A stretch of 64,000 nt of DNA, from positions 480,001 through 544,000 of the forward strand of contig OZ253449.1 in NCBI GenBank assembly GCA_965261345.1, in the 5' to 3' direction. Shown here piece by piece: positions 18,674 to 28,442 of the stretch. Origin of the DNA: Chloroflexota bacterium (GTDB lineage: Bacteria; Chloroflexota; UBA11872; VXNJ01). The position numbers were made by a program, and so were the translations under genes. Below the pieces are notes generated by a model. The model was not told the DNA's origin and ran no database searches. It was given only the letters and a program-made list of their open reading frames with translations. Position 1 is the stretch's first letter; the number at the start of each line of letters is the position of its first letter.

Positions 18674-19774
18674 TCAAGCGGACAGCAGATCCGAATAGAA
18701 CCCGGCGGTCTCCTTGGCAACCCGGTAGTGGGTATAGCGAGCCAGGACCCGCTCGCGCCCGGCGCAACCAAGCTCTTGGCGCAATTTAGGATCCTGCAGG
18801 GCGGTCATGGCGTCGGCCAGCTCCCTGGCTCGGCCCTCGGGAACGATCAGGCCGGCTTGGCCGATTACTAGCGGGATAGCTCCCGAACGCGTCCCAATGA
18901 CCGGTATTCCGCAGGCCATCGCCTCGATCAATACCCGTCCGAATTGTTCCATCCAGTTCGCCCGGGTCAGCGAGGGTAAGACCAAAAGGTCGAGCGATCG
19001 CAGGAAGCTGGGCATCTGGCCCGAATCGAGCTGGCCAACCAGCTCGATTCGCCCTTTCAGCGGACCGCGCCGGGCGCTGGCCTCCAGGCGCGGCGCCAGC
19101 GGTCCGCTTCCGGCCAGACGCAAATGTGGTCGCGGTCGCAGCATGGCGGCCGCCGATTCCAGAACCGTCAGGCCCTTCTCCTCTACCAGCCGCCCGGCGA
19201 ATCCGATCGTTAACGCGCGCGCCGAACACGCACTCGCCGGGACGGGACAAAAGTGATCGGGGTCGACTCCGAATTGCGGAATTTCGGCCAGCGGTCCATC
19301 AAATCCCTTATGTTGCAGCACGGCGGCGGCCTGGGTCGTTCCCGCGATCGCCGCGCAACGCCGATAGCAATAGCGCTCAAGTTGGGCAAATGGCGGCGGG
19401 TAGGACCGGGCCAGATTCTGCCAGGCAAAAAATATGCTTTTAATGCCACGGCGGCGCGCCAGATGGGCGGAGTGGGCAGTAGCCAGGTTGTAGGGTTCCT
19501 CGTCGATGTGGAGCAGGTCGGGTTCAAACGCGTCCAACAGGCGGCCCAGCGTGGGGTAGTAGTGAAGATGAAAATGCCCGTTAAAGCGGCAGGGCAGAAA
19601 CCGCAGTGCGATTCCGGTCGGTCCGCCCGGCTCAAAACGTTGCGCGGTCCCGCCGTTGCCCCATCGCTCGGGGGTCGCAGCCAGCAAATCGATTCCGCCC
19701 TGGTCGGAAAGGGCCGAGAGTTTCTTGCGGTATTCAGACGCCAGCAGCGCTTTTGAGAGCATAAGAACCCTCAT
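18674..19774 (-). CDS. GT4 glycosyltransferase
   Basis: MRVLMLSKA, PQFGVDP, FAGRLVEEKG, EQFGRVLIEAMACG. Start reassigned to ATG 19774. Confidence 0.9.
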   Translation of the reverse strand: MRVLMLSKALLASEYRKKLSALSDQGGIDLLAATPERWGNGGTAQRFEPGGPTGIALRFLPCRFNGHFHLHYYPTLGRLLDAFEPDLLHIDEEPYNLATAHSAHLARRRGIKSIFFAWQNLARSYPPPFAQLERYCYRRCAAIAGTTQAAAVLQHKGFDGPLAEIPQFGVDPDHFCPVPASACSARALTIGFAGRLVEEKGLTVLESAAAMLRPRPHLRLAGSGPLAPRLEASARRGPLKGRIELVGQLDSGQMPSFLRSLDLLVLPSLTRANWMEQFGRVLIEAMACGIPVIGTRSGAIPLVIGQAGLIVPEGRARELADAMTALQDPKLRQELGCAGRERVLARYTHYRVAKETAGFYSDLLSA

Positions 19775-20835
19775 GCCAGCTCCCGATAGACCGCCAAGGT
19801 CGCAGCGGCGGTTCGCTCCCAAGTAAGGTGGGCTGCGCGCTCCCTCCCGGCACCGATTAGCTCCTTGCGGGCCGCATCATCCCGATCCAACACCGCCATC
19901 GCCTCGGCCCATTGCGTCGGTCGATCCGGTGGGAGCAGCAACGCCGCACCGCCGGTAACTTCGGGGGTGCAGGTGGAATCGGCGGCGATGACCGGAACCG
20001 CATGGGCCATCGCCTCCAGCGGTTCGAGTCCAAATCCCTCGTAAATGGACGGAAATAGGAACATCCGGGCTCCGGCATAGAGGGCCAGCTTGCGGTCGTG
20101 CGAGACCGGGCCGGTGAAGGTGACCCGGGCTGCAATCCCCAATTCCTGAGCCCGCCGGCGGTAATCGGGCACCAGCGGCGTGCCCAGGTTTCGCACTGCG
20201 CCGGCAATTACCAGTTGCAAGCGCGATTGCGGCGGTACGGCCGCCAACGCCTCGAGCAATAAACCGATGTTCTTACGCATGTCGCCCGATCCAAGGTACA
20301 GGCAATAGGGTCGCCGCACCCCAATGTCTGCCAGGTGCAAGTCCAGCTCGGCACGCGAGATTTCGCGACCGGGTTCGACCCCCAGGTGTACCACTCGAAT
20401 CCGCTCGGACGGAAAATCCAGATAGTTCTCGACGTCATCGGCGGTGGCCTGGGAATCAACTATGACGCGGCGGGCCCGCCGCACCGCCCGCCCGGCCAGT
20501 GCCAGATAGGTTCGCCAGCGCGGATCGGCCGAATATTCGGGCAAAGCCATCCCAATTAGGTCGTGCACGGTAACCACGTCGACCCGCCCGAACAGCGGGC
20601 TGGAAAAGTAGGGTACGTGGCAGATGTCGGGATTGGCCACAAATGCCCGGTAGGGCCAGCCGGCCTGCTCCCACCAGAGTTTTACCAAGGGTCGATGGGA
20701 ACGCTCCGGTGGCAGGGCCAGCTCGAAGTGGCAATCTGGAGCAAGGCGCTTCATGCAGGAAAGCAAGTGCTTAAGGTACTGCCCTGAACCGGTCATTTGC
20801 TGGCCGGCGAACTGCCCGTTGATTAGCACATGCAT
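19771..20835 (-). CDS. GT4 glycosyltransferase (MtfB-like)
   Basis: VVTVHDL, RKN, FPSIYEGFGLEPLEAMA. Start reassigned to ATG 20835. Confidence 0.9.
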   Translation of the reverse strand: MHVLINGQFAGQQMTGSGQYLKHLLSCMKRLAPDCHFELALPPERSHRPLVKLWWEQAGWPYRAFVANPDICHVPYFSSPLFGRVDVVTVHDLIGMALPEYSADPRWRTYLALAGRAVRRARRVIVDSQATADDVENYLDFPSERIRVVHLGVEPGREISRAELDLHLADIGVRRPYCLYLGSGDMRKNIGLLLEALAAVPPQSRLQLVIAGAVRNLGTPLVPDYRRRAQELGIAARVTFTGPVSHDRKLALYAGARMFLFPSIYEGFGLEPLEAMAHAVPVIAADSTCTPEVTGGAALLLPPDRPTQWAEAMAVLDRDDAARKELIGAGRERAAHLTWERTAAATLAVYRELA

Positions 20836-21007
20836 TCCCTTCCGCCCCAGCTGGTTGCCCAACCCCATCTCCGATCCGAACGTGTTACTAGTACCTTAGG
20901 CGGGCCGGATGCCACTGCCGTTCTGATCCGGGCGCCGGCCGGCTGGCCGGGCTTTGGTGATTTTTGTGTTCCGAAACGGCCGTCGCCGCCTCAATATTGG
21001 CAAGCGA

Positions 21008-21754
21008 TCAGGTCTTGTTTACGCCGATCCGGCGGCCAACTCCGTAAAGGGTGCTGTCATCGTATTTTTCGCGGTGCTTGATTTGCAACAAGACTGAAAT
21101 TGCAGCCGCCCCGATGAAGAACTCCCAGGAGCGGTCAACCGCCAGGAATACCAACGGAAATAGCTTGTAGGCGATCGAGGTGGCCAGGAATGTGCGCCTT
21201 CCGGCCAGCAGCGCTATTGCCCAGATCAGAACCGAAATGCCAGCAATGATCGGAAACGACCGGCCGGCGTAAAAATCCAGGAAAAATACGCCCCAGCCAA
21301 AGGTAGTCGTACCCCGGCTGCCCCCGCGAAAACGAATAAAGACCGGCCAGAGGGCCCCGGCGGTGGCGAAGAATATCGCGGTCATCAACGCCGCCTTGTC
21401 GCCGGGCAATACCACATCGGCGATCTGAACCGTAAGTAAGCCGATTGCGCAGTTGCTGGCCAGGGTTAATGCCGCGGGACGATACCCGCCATTAAAGAAG
21501 GAACTGTAGATCGAGGTGTTACCGGTGCCGAGGTGGCGAAGATCGGCGTGGGCAAATACACGGGTCCAGACATAGGCGAACGGAATGGAACCGAGCACGT
21601 AAGCGGCCACCGCCACCGCGGCGTACTGGGTAAGTGCCGCAACGACCCCAATCGACCAGTCCCAGCTAATCGTTCCCAGCAATTTCGCGGTCCGCCCGTC
21701 CTGGGTTCGAAACACTTCGTCTCGTATGCTGCCTGCCTGTTGCGCCAATCCCAC
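21008..21754 (-). CDS. PlsY-family glycerol-3-phosphate acyltransferase-like membrane protein (divergent)
   Basis: AYVLGSIPF...DLRHLGTGN, PVFIRFRGGSRG and several TMs. The true start is probably downstream of 21754. Confidence 0.7.
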   Translation of the reverse strand: MGLAQQAGSIRDEVFRTQDGRTAKLLGTISWDWSIGVVAALTQYAAVAVAAYVLGSIPFAYVWTRVFAHADLRHLGTGNTSIYSSFFNGGYRPAALTLASNCAIGLLTVQIADVVLPGDKAALMTAIFFATAGALWPVFIRFRGGSRGTTTFGWGVFFLDFYAGRSFPIIAGISVLIWAIALLAGRRTFLATSIAYKLFPLVFLAVDRSWEFFIGAAAISVLLQIKHREKYDDSTLYGVGRRIGVNKT

Positions 21755-21866
21755 ACAGGCGCGCCGATTCTACGTTTCGGGGTCCCCGGCGAAAGGCCGG
21801 CATGTGTCCGGCAGGATCGACCGAGCCGAAAATCGGCCGATCAAACACGGATTTGAGAAGCACCCT

Positions 21867-22826
21867 ATGCCACTTGACCCGAACCTCTTTCGCCCTGCGG
21901 CTATCGGCTCGGATATGACCAATTTCAACGCCGAATTGGCCGCCGCGATCACGGCGGAGCCGGACATTACTACGCTTTCACCGGACGATGTTCGCCGGCG
22001 CCAGCGCGAGGGAACCCGGCAGAACCCGGCCCCGGAAAAACTTGCCATTGCGCGCGAAATCACCTGCGCCGCGCCGGCCGGCCCGGTACCGCTGCGAATT
22101 TTTGTCCCTGAGCGATGCGACGGCGTCTACCTCCACATTCACGGGGGCGGTTGGGTGTTGGGCAGCTACGACCGCCAGGATGGCAAACTTTGGGCGATAG
22201 CTCAGGCGGCCAACGTGGCGGTAATTAGCGTCGAGTACAGGTTGGCGCCCGAACACCCATATCCGGCCGGGCCCGACGATTGTGAGGCCGCCGCCGAGTG
22301 GCTGGTCGCCAACTGCAAATCTGAATTCGGAAGTGATCGCCTGTTGGTGGGCGGCGAATCGGCGGGCGCCCACCTCTCGGCAACAACGATCTTGCGAATG
22401 CGCGATCGCCACGGATACCGCGGATGGCGGGGAGCCGATTTGGTATACGGGGCCTACGATTTCACCAACGCCTGCCCCTCCCGCACCCAAATCGGCACGG
22501 ACAGCCTGGTAATTAACGCCACCAACATGAAATGGTTCGAGAACCATTTCGTCGGGGCCCCGGGAATCGATAAGGCCGATCCCGACATTTCTCCGTTGCG
22601 GGCCAGCTTGCACGACCTGCCGCCAGCCCTGTTCAGCTGCGGGACATTGGATCCGTTGCTCGACGACACGCTCTTTATGCACGCTCGCTGGATTGGCGGC
22701 GGCAACGCGGCCGAAATCGCGATCTACCCTGGCGGAACCCACGCCTTCGACTCAATGGGCTCGCCGCTCGCCGATGCCTGTTTCCAGCGGCGCTGCGAAT
22801 TTATTCGGTTGTGCTTGCGGGCCTGA
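21867..22826 (+). CDS. Alpha/beta hydrolase, HSL-family esterase
   Basis: HGGGW, YRLAPEHPYPA, GESAG, DPLLDD, HAF. Start reassigned to ATG 21867. Confidence 0.93.
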   Translation: MPLDPNLFRPAAIGSDMTNFNAELAAAITAEPDITTLSPDDVRRRQREGTRQNPAPEKLAIAREITCAAPAGPVPLRIFVPERCDGVYLHIHGGGWVLGSYDRQDGKLWAIAQAANVAVISVEYRLAPEHPYPAGPDDCEAAAEWLVANCKSEFGSDRLLVGGESAGAHLSATTILRMRDRHGYRGWRGADLVYGAYDFTNACPSRTQIGTDSLVINATNMKWFENHFVGAPGIDKADPDISPLRASLHDLPPALFSCGTLDPLLDDTLFMHARWIGGGNAAEIAIYPGGTHAFDSMGSPLADACFQRRCEFIRLCLRA

Positions 22827-22841
22827 CCGAGCCGGCGCCCC

Positions 22842-24008
22842 CTACCGGCGGCGGCCGGGCTTGGCCTGGGCGCTGCGGTAGGCGCCCAGGGTAGCGGCGG
22901 CGGCAATATCCCAGTCAAAAACGGCAGCGCGCCGTAGGCCGCGGGCGATCAGGTCACTCCGTTGCTCCCCGCTGGCGGCCGCGCTGCCGATCGCCGAGGC
23001 AATTTGGTCCTCGTTGTAGGGATCGGCAAGCAGCGCCGCCCCACCGGCAATTTCGGGCATGCAGGAAACATTGGCGGTCACCACCGGCGTGGAATGGGTC
23101 ATTGCCTCGATGATCGGCAGCAGAAAACCCTCCGATTCCGAGACCGCCGCCAGAACCGTGGCCCGTTCGTACAGGGCCCTGAGCAACCCGTCGTCGATCG
23201 GCCCCAGACGGGTGAGAAACCCGGTCCCGGCGCGATCGATCTGTTCTAACTGGTCAGAACTGATCCAGCCCTGGGCACCGGCGTGAATTAGGCCCAGGTC
23301 ATGGCCGCGGGCGCGCAGCATCGCCACCGCGCGGGCGACCCGCAGCAAGTTTTTGCGCGGCTGCAAGGTCCCCACCGAGAGGACGAATCGGTCGGGCAAT
23401 CCGAGTTCGCGCACCCTTTGTTGGTCGCGCTCGGTCGGCTCCCGCGCCAGCTCACCATCTAGGCCGTTGTAAATGACGTCAATCCGCGCTGGATCGTAGG
23501 CAAGCAGCTCCACTAATTCATCGGCGGTGGTCTGCGAAACGCAGATTACCCGGTCGGCCTGGCGCAGGCCGGCCCGCACCGCGCGATCCAGGCGGGATCG
23601 CAATTTCTGATCGGCGGTGTGTGGATGAGTCAGGTAGGAGAGGTCGTGAATGGTAACCAGTCGACGCCGGGCGAACGAAAACGGCAGCACGAAGTCAGGC
23701 GAATGCAGGACGTCCAGGCGCCCGGTGAACAGCTCGATCGGGATCGGTGCGCGCAGCCGTTGCCAGAGCGCAAATCCCAATCGCGGCGAAATCGGGACCA
23801 GGATCGGAATCAGGCCGAACTCAGCCAGGGCCGCCTCAAAATGCCCGTTGACGCGTTGCCCCAGGTAAAAAATCACCCAATCGATGTCGCGGTCCTGGCA
23901 TCGCAGCATAGCCACCAACAGATTTTTGGCGGCCCGGCCAATCCCGGCCGACTGCCAGGCCGCCGCGGTTGCGTCAAATCCCACCCGCATCAGGCGGGTC
24001 CGATCCAA
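22842..24008 (-). CDS. GT4 glycosyltransferase
   Basis: VTIHDLSY, VGTLQPRKN, EGFLLPIIEAM. Confidence 0.9.
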   Translation of the reverse strand: MDRTRLMRVGFDATAAAWQSAGIGRAAKNLLVAMLRCQDRDIDWVIFYLGQRVNGHFEAALAEFGLIPILVPISPRLGFALWQRLRAPIPIELFTGRLDVLHSPDFVLPFSFARRRLVTIHDLSYLTHPHTADQKLRSRLDRAVRAGLRQADRVICVSQTTADELVELLAYDPARIDVIYNGLDGELAREPTERDQQRVRELGLPDRFVLSVGTLQPRKNLLRVARAVAMLRARGHDLGLIHAGAQGWISSDQLEQIDRAGTGFLTRLGPIDDGLLRALYERATVLAAVSESEGFLLPIIEAMTHSTPVVTANVSCMPEIAGGAALLADPYNEDQIASAIGSAAASGEQRSDLIARGLRRAAVFDWDIAAAATLGAYRSAQAKPGRRR

Positions 24009-25321
24009 TCGCGCCGCAGGGCGATTCCTAGGGCGATTCCCAGGACGATTCCCAGCCCACCCACCAGCATGTAATCGACCAATCCGTGGATTAAAAAAGC
24101 AGCGAGCGCGGCCGCCACCCCGATATCGATCCAGTCCGGGTTCTTTTCCCTAATTCGATTCCAGACCGGGCGGGCGCTGGCCCAGGCCGCAGCGACGAAC
24201 AAGGCCAGACCGATCAGGCCGCTTTCGGCGGCGATATTTAGCGCCAGATTGTGGGCATGACCAAGCGATTCCCCCCAGGGCGATACGAAGTAGGCGGGGT
24301 AGGCCTCATCGAAATTTCCAAGCCCGACCCCACCCAGCGGGTTGGCCGAAGCCATGCGCGCGGCCGCCAGCCAGAAACCGATCCGCTGGTCGACCGAATA
24401 ACTGTTGGCCGTTGGTTCGGCCACCACATCGCGTGGACGCGCCCCTCCCGCCACCACCGCTCCGGGTTCGGGCGGCAACTGGAGCGTTAGCACTCCGACC
24501 AGCGCCAGACCGGCTAACGCCAAAAGTCCGCCGGTGACGAGCGATGGCTTAAACCAACCAGCCACCTGGTGCCGGCAGCCAGTTCCCAGCAAGACGATCG
24601 TGGTCACCGCCGCCGCCGAAATCCAAGCACCACGAGAGAAGGAGAGCAGGATCGCGAGCAGCGCGGCCAGGGCCAAGGCGGCGCCGATCAGGCGGGACCG
24701 TCCGGTACTTCCGGCTGCGGCGGCGAGGGCGAGCGCCAACCCCATAACCATGAACGATCCGAACGGGTTGGGTTGGCCAAAGGTCCCCAACAGGCGTGGG
24801 ATCGCACCCGGGCTGATCCCGCGCCCGATCGCACCCAATCCGGCCGCCAGAACGAGCTCCGCCGCCAGAACCACGGCTGCGCCGGCCAGAAGGACCCTCA
24901 AATCTCTCCGGTTGCGGGCCAGGTCGCAAGCTAACACCAGCGCCACCAGCACTTCCGCCCATTTGGCCATTTCCTTTAGATACGGGCCCAGCGCCCCGGC
25001 CCAGAAAAGCGACAGGCCGCAGAACAGGATGAAGGCCATCCAAAGGACCAGCTGCCGGGGAAGGAAAAACCGCCCGGGGCGACGGAAAAAGAAGGTCCAG
25101 GCTATGGCCACCAGCACCGCAATTTCGGTGATCGTTACGTCGGCAAATCCGGTTCGCACTCCCAACCAGGTCCGCAGCGGGACCGCCGCCAAAAGCAGGA
25201 TCAGTCCCAGCGCCGGCGATGTCGGAAGTTTGAAGACGGCGCGGAAGCGCGGCCGCGAAAGGCCGCAGGCAAGCGCCAGCGCCGAAACGGCTAGTGCGAG
25301 CGGGGCCAGCGGCAGGATCAT
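23990..25321 (-). CDS. O-antigen ligase (WaaL/Wzy_C) family membrane protein
   Basis: Many TMs, GTFGQPNPFG, SFSRGAW, R...W, NPLGGVGLGNF, HAHNLAL..AAESGLIG, HGLVD. Confidence 0.88.
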   Translation of the reverse strand: MILPLAPLALAVSALALACGLSRPRFRAVFKLPTSPALGLILLLAAVPLRTWLGVRTGFADVTITEIAVLVAIAWTFFFRRPGRFFLPRQLVLWMAFILFCGLSLFWAGALGPYLKEMAKWAEVLVALVLACDLARNRRDLRVLLAGAAVVLAAELVLAAGLGAIGRGISPGAIPRLLGTFGQPNPFGSFMVMGLALALAAAAGSTGRSRLIGAALALAALLAILLSFSRGAWISAAAVTTIVLLGTGCRHQVAGWFKPSLVTGGLLALAGLALVGVLTLQLPPEPGAVVAGGARPRDVVAEPTANSYSVDQRIGFWLAAARMASANPLGGVGLGNFDEAYPAYFVSPWGESLGHAHNLALNIAAESGLIGLALFVAAAWASARPVWNRIREKNPDWIDIGVAAALAAFLIHGLVDYMLVGGLGIVLGIALGIALRRDWIGPA

Positions 25322-25407
25322 TTAGAGAGAACCGGAATCGCCCGATTGGGTTGAAAATTACCTCTTGGACAAGGCGCGGAAGCCGGCCCGGACTGGCAGA
25401 TCAAATC

Positions 25408-25938
25408 TTGCTGGAATCGCAACCTGTTTTGCTTGGCCTCGGCGGCAACATCGGCGATCGCTATAGCAATCTGCTCGCCGCCCTGGTCCGGCTGGCCCCG
25501 CTGATCGGAACGCCGGTGATCTCGCCGGTTTACGAATCTGCCGCCTGGGGCGTAACCGACCAACCCAGCTTCCTCAATTGCGCCTGCCAGGGTAATTGTC
25601 AGCTCCCGCCGGAATCGCTGTTGCGGGCGACAAAGGAAATCGAGCATGCAGTTGGGCGCCGTCCGACCCGGCGCTGGGGCGAGCGGGTCATAGATATTGA
25701 CATCCTCATTTTTGGCGATCGACGCATTGATACACCGGAGCTTCAGATTCCTCATCCGCAGATCGCCCGGCGATTGTTCGTCTGTCGCCCGCTCGCCAAC
25801 CTGCAACCGGACCTACGCCTTACCCGGGACGGACCTTCCGTCGCCGACCTGGCCCGGGACCTGGAAGGACCCCAATCGCTCACGCTTTATCGCTCGCCGG
25901 AATTGGTCGCGTCGGATTTGAGCATTGAACTACGCTGA
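25408..25938 (+). CDS. folK: 6-hydroxymethyl-7,8-dihydropterin pyrophosphokinase
   Basis: LGLGGNIGD, SPVYES, QPSFLN, RWGERVIDIDIL, LQIPHP. Start tentatively TTG 25408. Confidence 0.93.
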   Translation: MLESQPVLLGLGGNIGDRYSNLLAALVRLAPLIGTPVISPVYESAAWGVTDQPSFLNCACQGNCQLPPESLLRATKEIEHAVGRRPTRRWGERVIDIDILIFGDRRIDTPELQIPHPQIARRLFVCRPLANLQPDLRLTRDGPSVADLARDLEGPQSLTLYRSPELVASDLSIELR

Positions 25939-27202
25939 TTCGCTGGCCAGTCTCTATCGCCGCTCTGATCCCGAGCGCGGCCCCGGATTTTGGAGCGGCG
26001 CCGACAAGGTCGAACTGGGGGTTGAGCGAACCCGGGCCCTGCTGGCGGCGGCCGGCAACCCACAGGACAATTATTCCTGCCTGCACGTGGCCGGCAGCAC
26101 GGGCAAAGGAACGACCTGCTTTTACCTTGCGGCTGCCCTAAAAGACGCCGGCGTACGGGTGGGGCTATACACGCAACCACATCTGCACTCCTTTCGCGAA
26201 CGGTTACAAATCGGGTTCGGGCCGATTGCCGAATCCGAATTTGCAACCCAGTTCGCGCGGGCGATCAGATTTGAGGATCGTGCTCGCGCACGCTGCCCGG
26301 AAGTTGGACCGGCAACCACTTTCGAACTGGCCACGGTGATGGCGCTTGACTGGTTTGCCCGGCGACGGGTCGATGTCGCGGTGATAGAAACCGGACTCGG
26401 CGGACGGCTCGATGCCACCAATGCGCTAACTAACAAAAGGGCGGTGGCAATCACGCCAATTGGACTTGAGCACACCCAGATCCTCGGTACCGATCTGGCG
26501 GCCATCGCCGGCGAAAAAGCTGCCATCATCGGTCCCGGGGTGGGCGTCGCCAGCGCCGCGGCGGAACCGGCGGCGGCAACCGTTATTGCAACGCATTGCA
26601 AGCGAGAAGGCGCACGCCTGCTTACCGTATCCGCGGAAATGGTCGCTCGAATCAGCCAACATTTTCGCGCCCGGCATCTGGCCCAGGACGCCGCCTTGGC
26701 CCTGCTGACCCTAAAAGCCGGGGGGTTTGACATACCCCCCGAAAGGGCTGTATCGGCGATGGCCAATACCGAGCTGCCGGCGCGCTGCGAGGTGTTTGAC
26801 GGCAGCCCGCCGGTGGTGGTTGATGGAGCCCACACCGGGGCGGCGATGGCGGCCCTGGCCGGAATGCTGCGGGAACAGTTCGCCGGGCGTCGGATCAACC
26901 TGGTATTCGGCCAGTCCCGCGACAAGGACCCCAAAACCCTCCTGGAGGCCTTCCGCTCGCCCTCCTGCCGACTACATCTCTGCCGGGCCCGCCACCCGCG
27001 TGCGGCCGATCCGCCGGCCCTGGCCGCACAACTTGCCGATTTTGCTACCGAGTGTCACGACAGCGTTGAGGCGGCCCTGGCGGCCGCCCGGGCCGACCGC
27101 GAAGGCGTCGTGGTAGTTGCCGGGAGCATGTTCGTGGCCGCCGCGGCCCGGGCGCAGATTGCGGGCGTTGCGGGCCCGCCCGAAACCATACCGGTTACCT
27201 GA
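25925..27202 (+). CDS. folC: Dihydrofolate synthase/folylpolyglutamate synthase
   Basis: HVAGSTGKGT, YTQPHL..FRER, ETGLGGRLDATN, IGLEHT.ILG, EKAAI, DGAH. Confidence 0.95.
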   Translation: MNYADSLASLYRRSDPERGPGFWSGADKVELGVERTRALLAAAGNPQDNYSCLHVAGSTGKGTTCFYLAAALKDAGVRVGLYTQPHLHSFRERLQIGFGPIAESEFATQFARAIRFEDRARARCPEVGPATTFELATVMALDWFARRRVDVAVIETGLGGRLDATNALTNKRAVAITPIGLEHTQILGTDLAAIAGEKAAIIGPGVGVASAAAEPAAATVIATHCKREGARLLTVSAEMVARISQHFRARHLAQDAALALLTLKAGGFDIPPERAVSAMANTELPARCEVFDGSPPVVVDGAHTGAAMAALAGMLREQFAGRRINLVFGQSRDKDPKTLLEAFRSPSCRLHLCRARHPRAADPPALAAQLADFATECHDSVEAALAAARADREGVVVVAGSMFVAAAARAQIAGVAGPPETIPVT

Positions 27203-27242
27203 TGCACAATCTGGCCGACAACGTTGGATTTAAAGGCGCAAT

Positions 27243-28442
27243 TTGTCGGAACTAGAAGTCGATTTCGGACCGGCCGCGACCCGGCCGGTGACACCGCTAC
27301 CGCGAGAGGGCCGCTGGGTGCGCGCCATCAAACGCGGGTTGACGTGGTTGCTGCTTCCGCCGCTTGGCGCCTTGGCCGATCTTGAACGCTCCCTGCGCGG
27401 ATTTTCTGGCCGTAGCCGCGACCGTCTCTGGCCGTTTCGGCAGGTTCCCCGGCGGATCCTGGTGGTTCGCCTAGATTTGCTTGGCGACCTGATATTGACC
27501 CTGCATCTGGTGGACGCCTTAAAGCGGCGCTTCCCCGGCGCTGCGATCACCTTTCTGGCGCGCCGCGGATCGGGCGAGCTGCTTGGTTTGTCCCCACAAA
27601 TCGACCACGTCATCGAATGTGATGCGGCGGGCCTCTTTCACCGGGATGGAATCCTTCGGCCGGACCGCTGGCGTTCGGTCTGGGGGTTGCTTGGGCAAAT
27701 TCGCAGCGCGCGCTTCGACCTGGCGATTTCGGCCTACGGACCGCTTGCTCGCTCGCTGGTGGCGCTCTCGCTGGCTCGCCACCGGGTAGGCGACGGGAAC
27801 GGCCATCCGGCCCTGGAACGAAGCCGGGCGATTGCTCCCGGCGAACACGAGGTCAACCATCTGGCGGCCCTGGTGGAAGCGGGCCCGGCCGACAACCCGG
27901 CTGGCCTGATCGCTCCTGGCCAAACGGACGGCGCGTTTGCGGAGGTCCGGCCGGTGGTGCTCTCGCCCGGCGCGCGGTCGGGATCGGCCAAGTCCTGGCC
28001 GGCCGAATATTGGCGCACGCTGGCCGTCGCCCTGGCCTGCCGGCAGATCCCGGTAGTGGTCATCGGCACGGCCGATCAGAGCCGATTGACCGAGGCCATC
28101 GCGGGCGGAGTTGGAGGGATCACCGATTTGGGCGGTCGGCTGAGAATCGGCGAACTGGCGGGGCTGCTTGAAAGCGCCCGGCTGGTCATCAGCGTAGACA
28201 GCATGCCGCTACATTTGGCTGATCTCTGCGGGACCAGGACGATCGGGCTATTCGGCCCGACCGATGTTGCGCGCTACCGGCCGCGCGGCGTCGAATCCAT
28301 GGTGCTAGCCAGCGGGATCGCTTGCGCGCCCTGTTACGACCAAAGGGCATTGCCCATCTGCCCTTTCGGTGATCGGCTATGCATGCGCTGGCTGGAGCCG
28401 CAGGCGGTCTTGGAAGCCGCCACCAGGGCACTGGATGACTGA
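27243..28442 (+). CDS. GT9 (heptosyltransferase-like) glycosyltransferase
   Basis: RILVVRLDLLGD, PGA..AKSWP, DLGGRL, DSMPLHLA, LFGPT, C-terminal CAPC...C...CM. Confidence 0.88.
   Translation: MSELEVDFGPAATRPVTPLPREGRWVRAIKRGLTWLLLPPLGALADLERSLRGFSGRSRDRLWPFRQVPRRILVVRLDLLGDLILTLHLVDALKRRFPGAAITFLARRGSGELLGLSPQIDHVIECDAAGLFHRDGILRPDRWRSVWGLLGQIRSARFDLAISAYGPLARSLVALSLARHRVGDGNGHPALERSRAIAPGEHEVNHLAALVEAGPADNPAGLIAPGQTDGAFAEVRPVVLSPGARSGSAKSWPAEYWRTLAVALACRQIPVVVIGTADQSRLTEAIAGGVGGITDLGGRLRIGELAGLLESARLVISVDSMPLHLADLCGTRTIGLFGPTDVARYRPRGVESMVLASGIACAPCYDQRALPICPFGDRLCMRWLEPQAVLEAATRALDD

Noticed and set aside
24019-24056. 12-bp imperfect repeats at the end of the O-antigen ligase
   Set aside because: They simply encode GIVL-GIAL-GIAL in the last TM helix.
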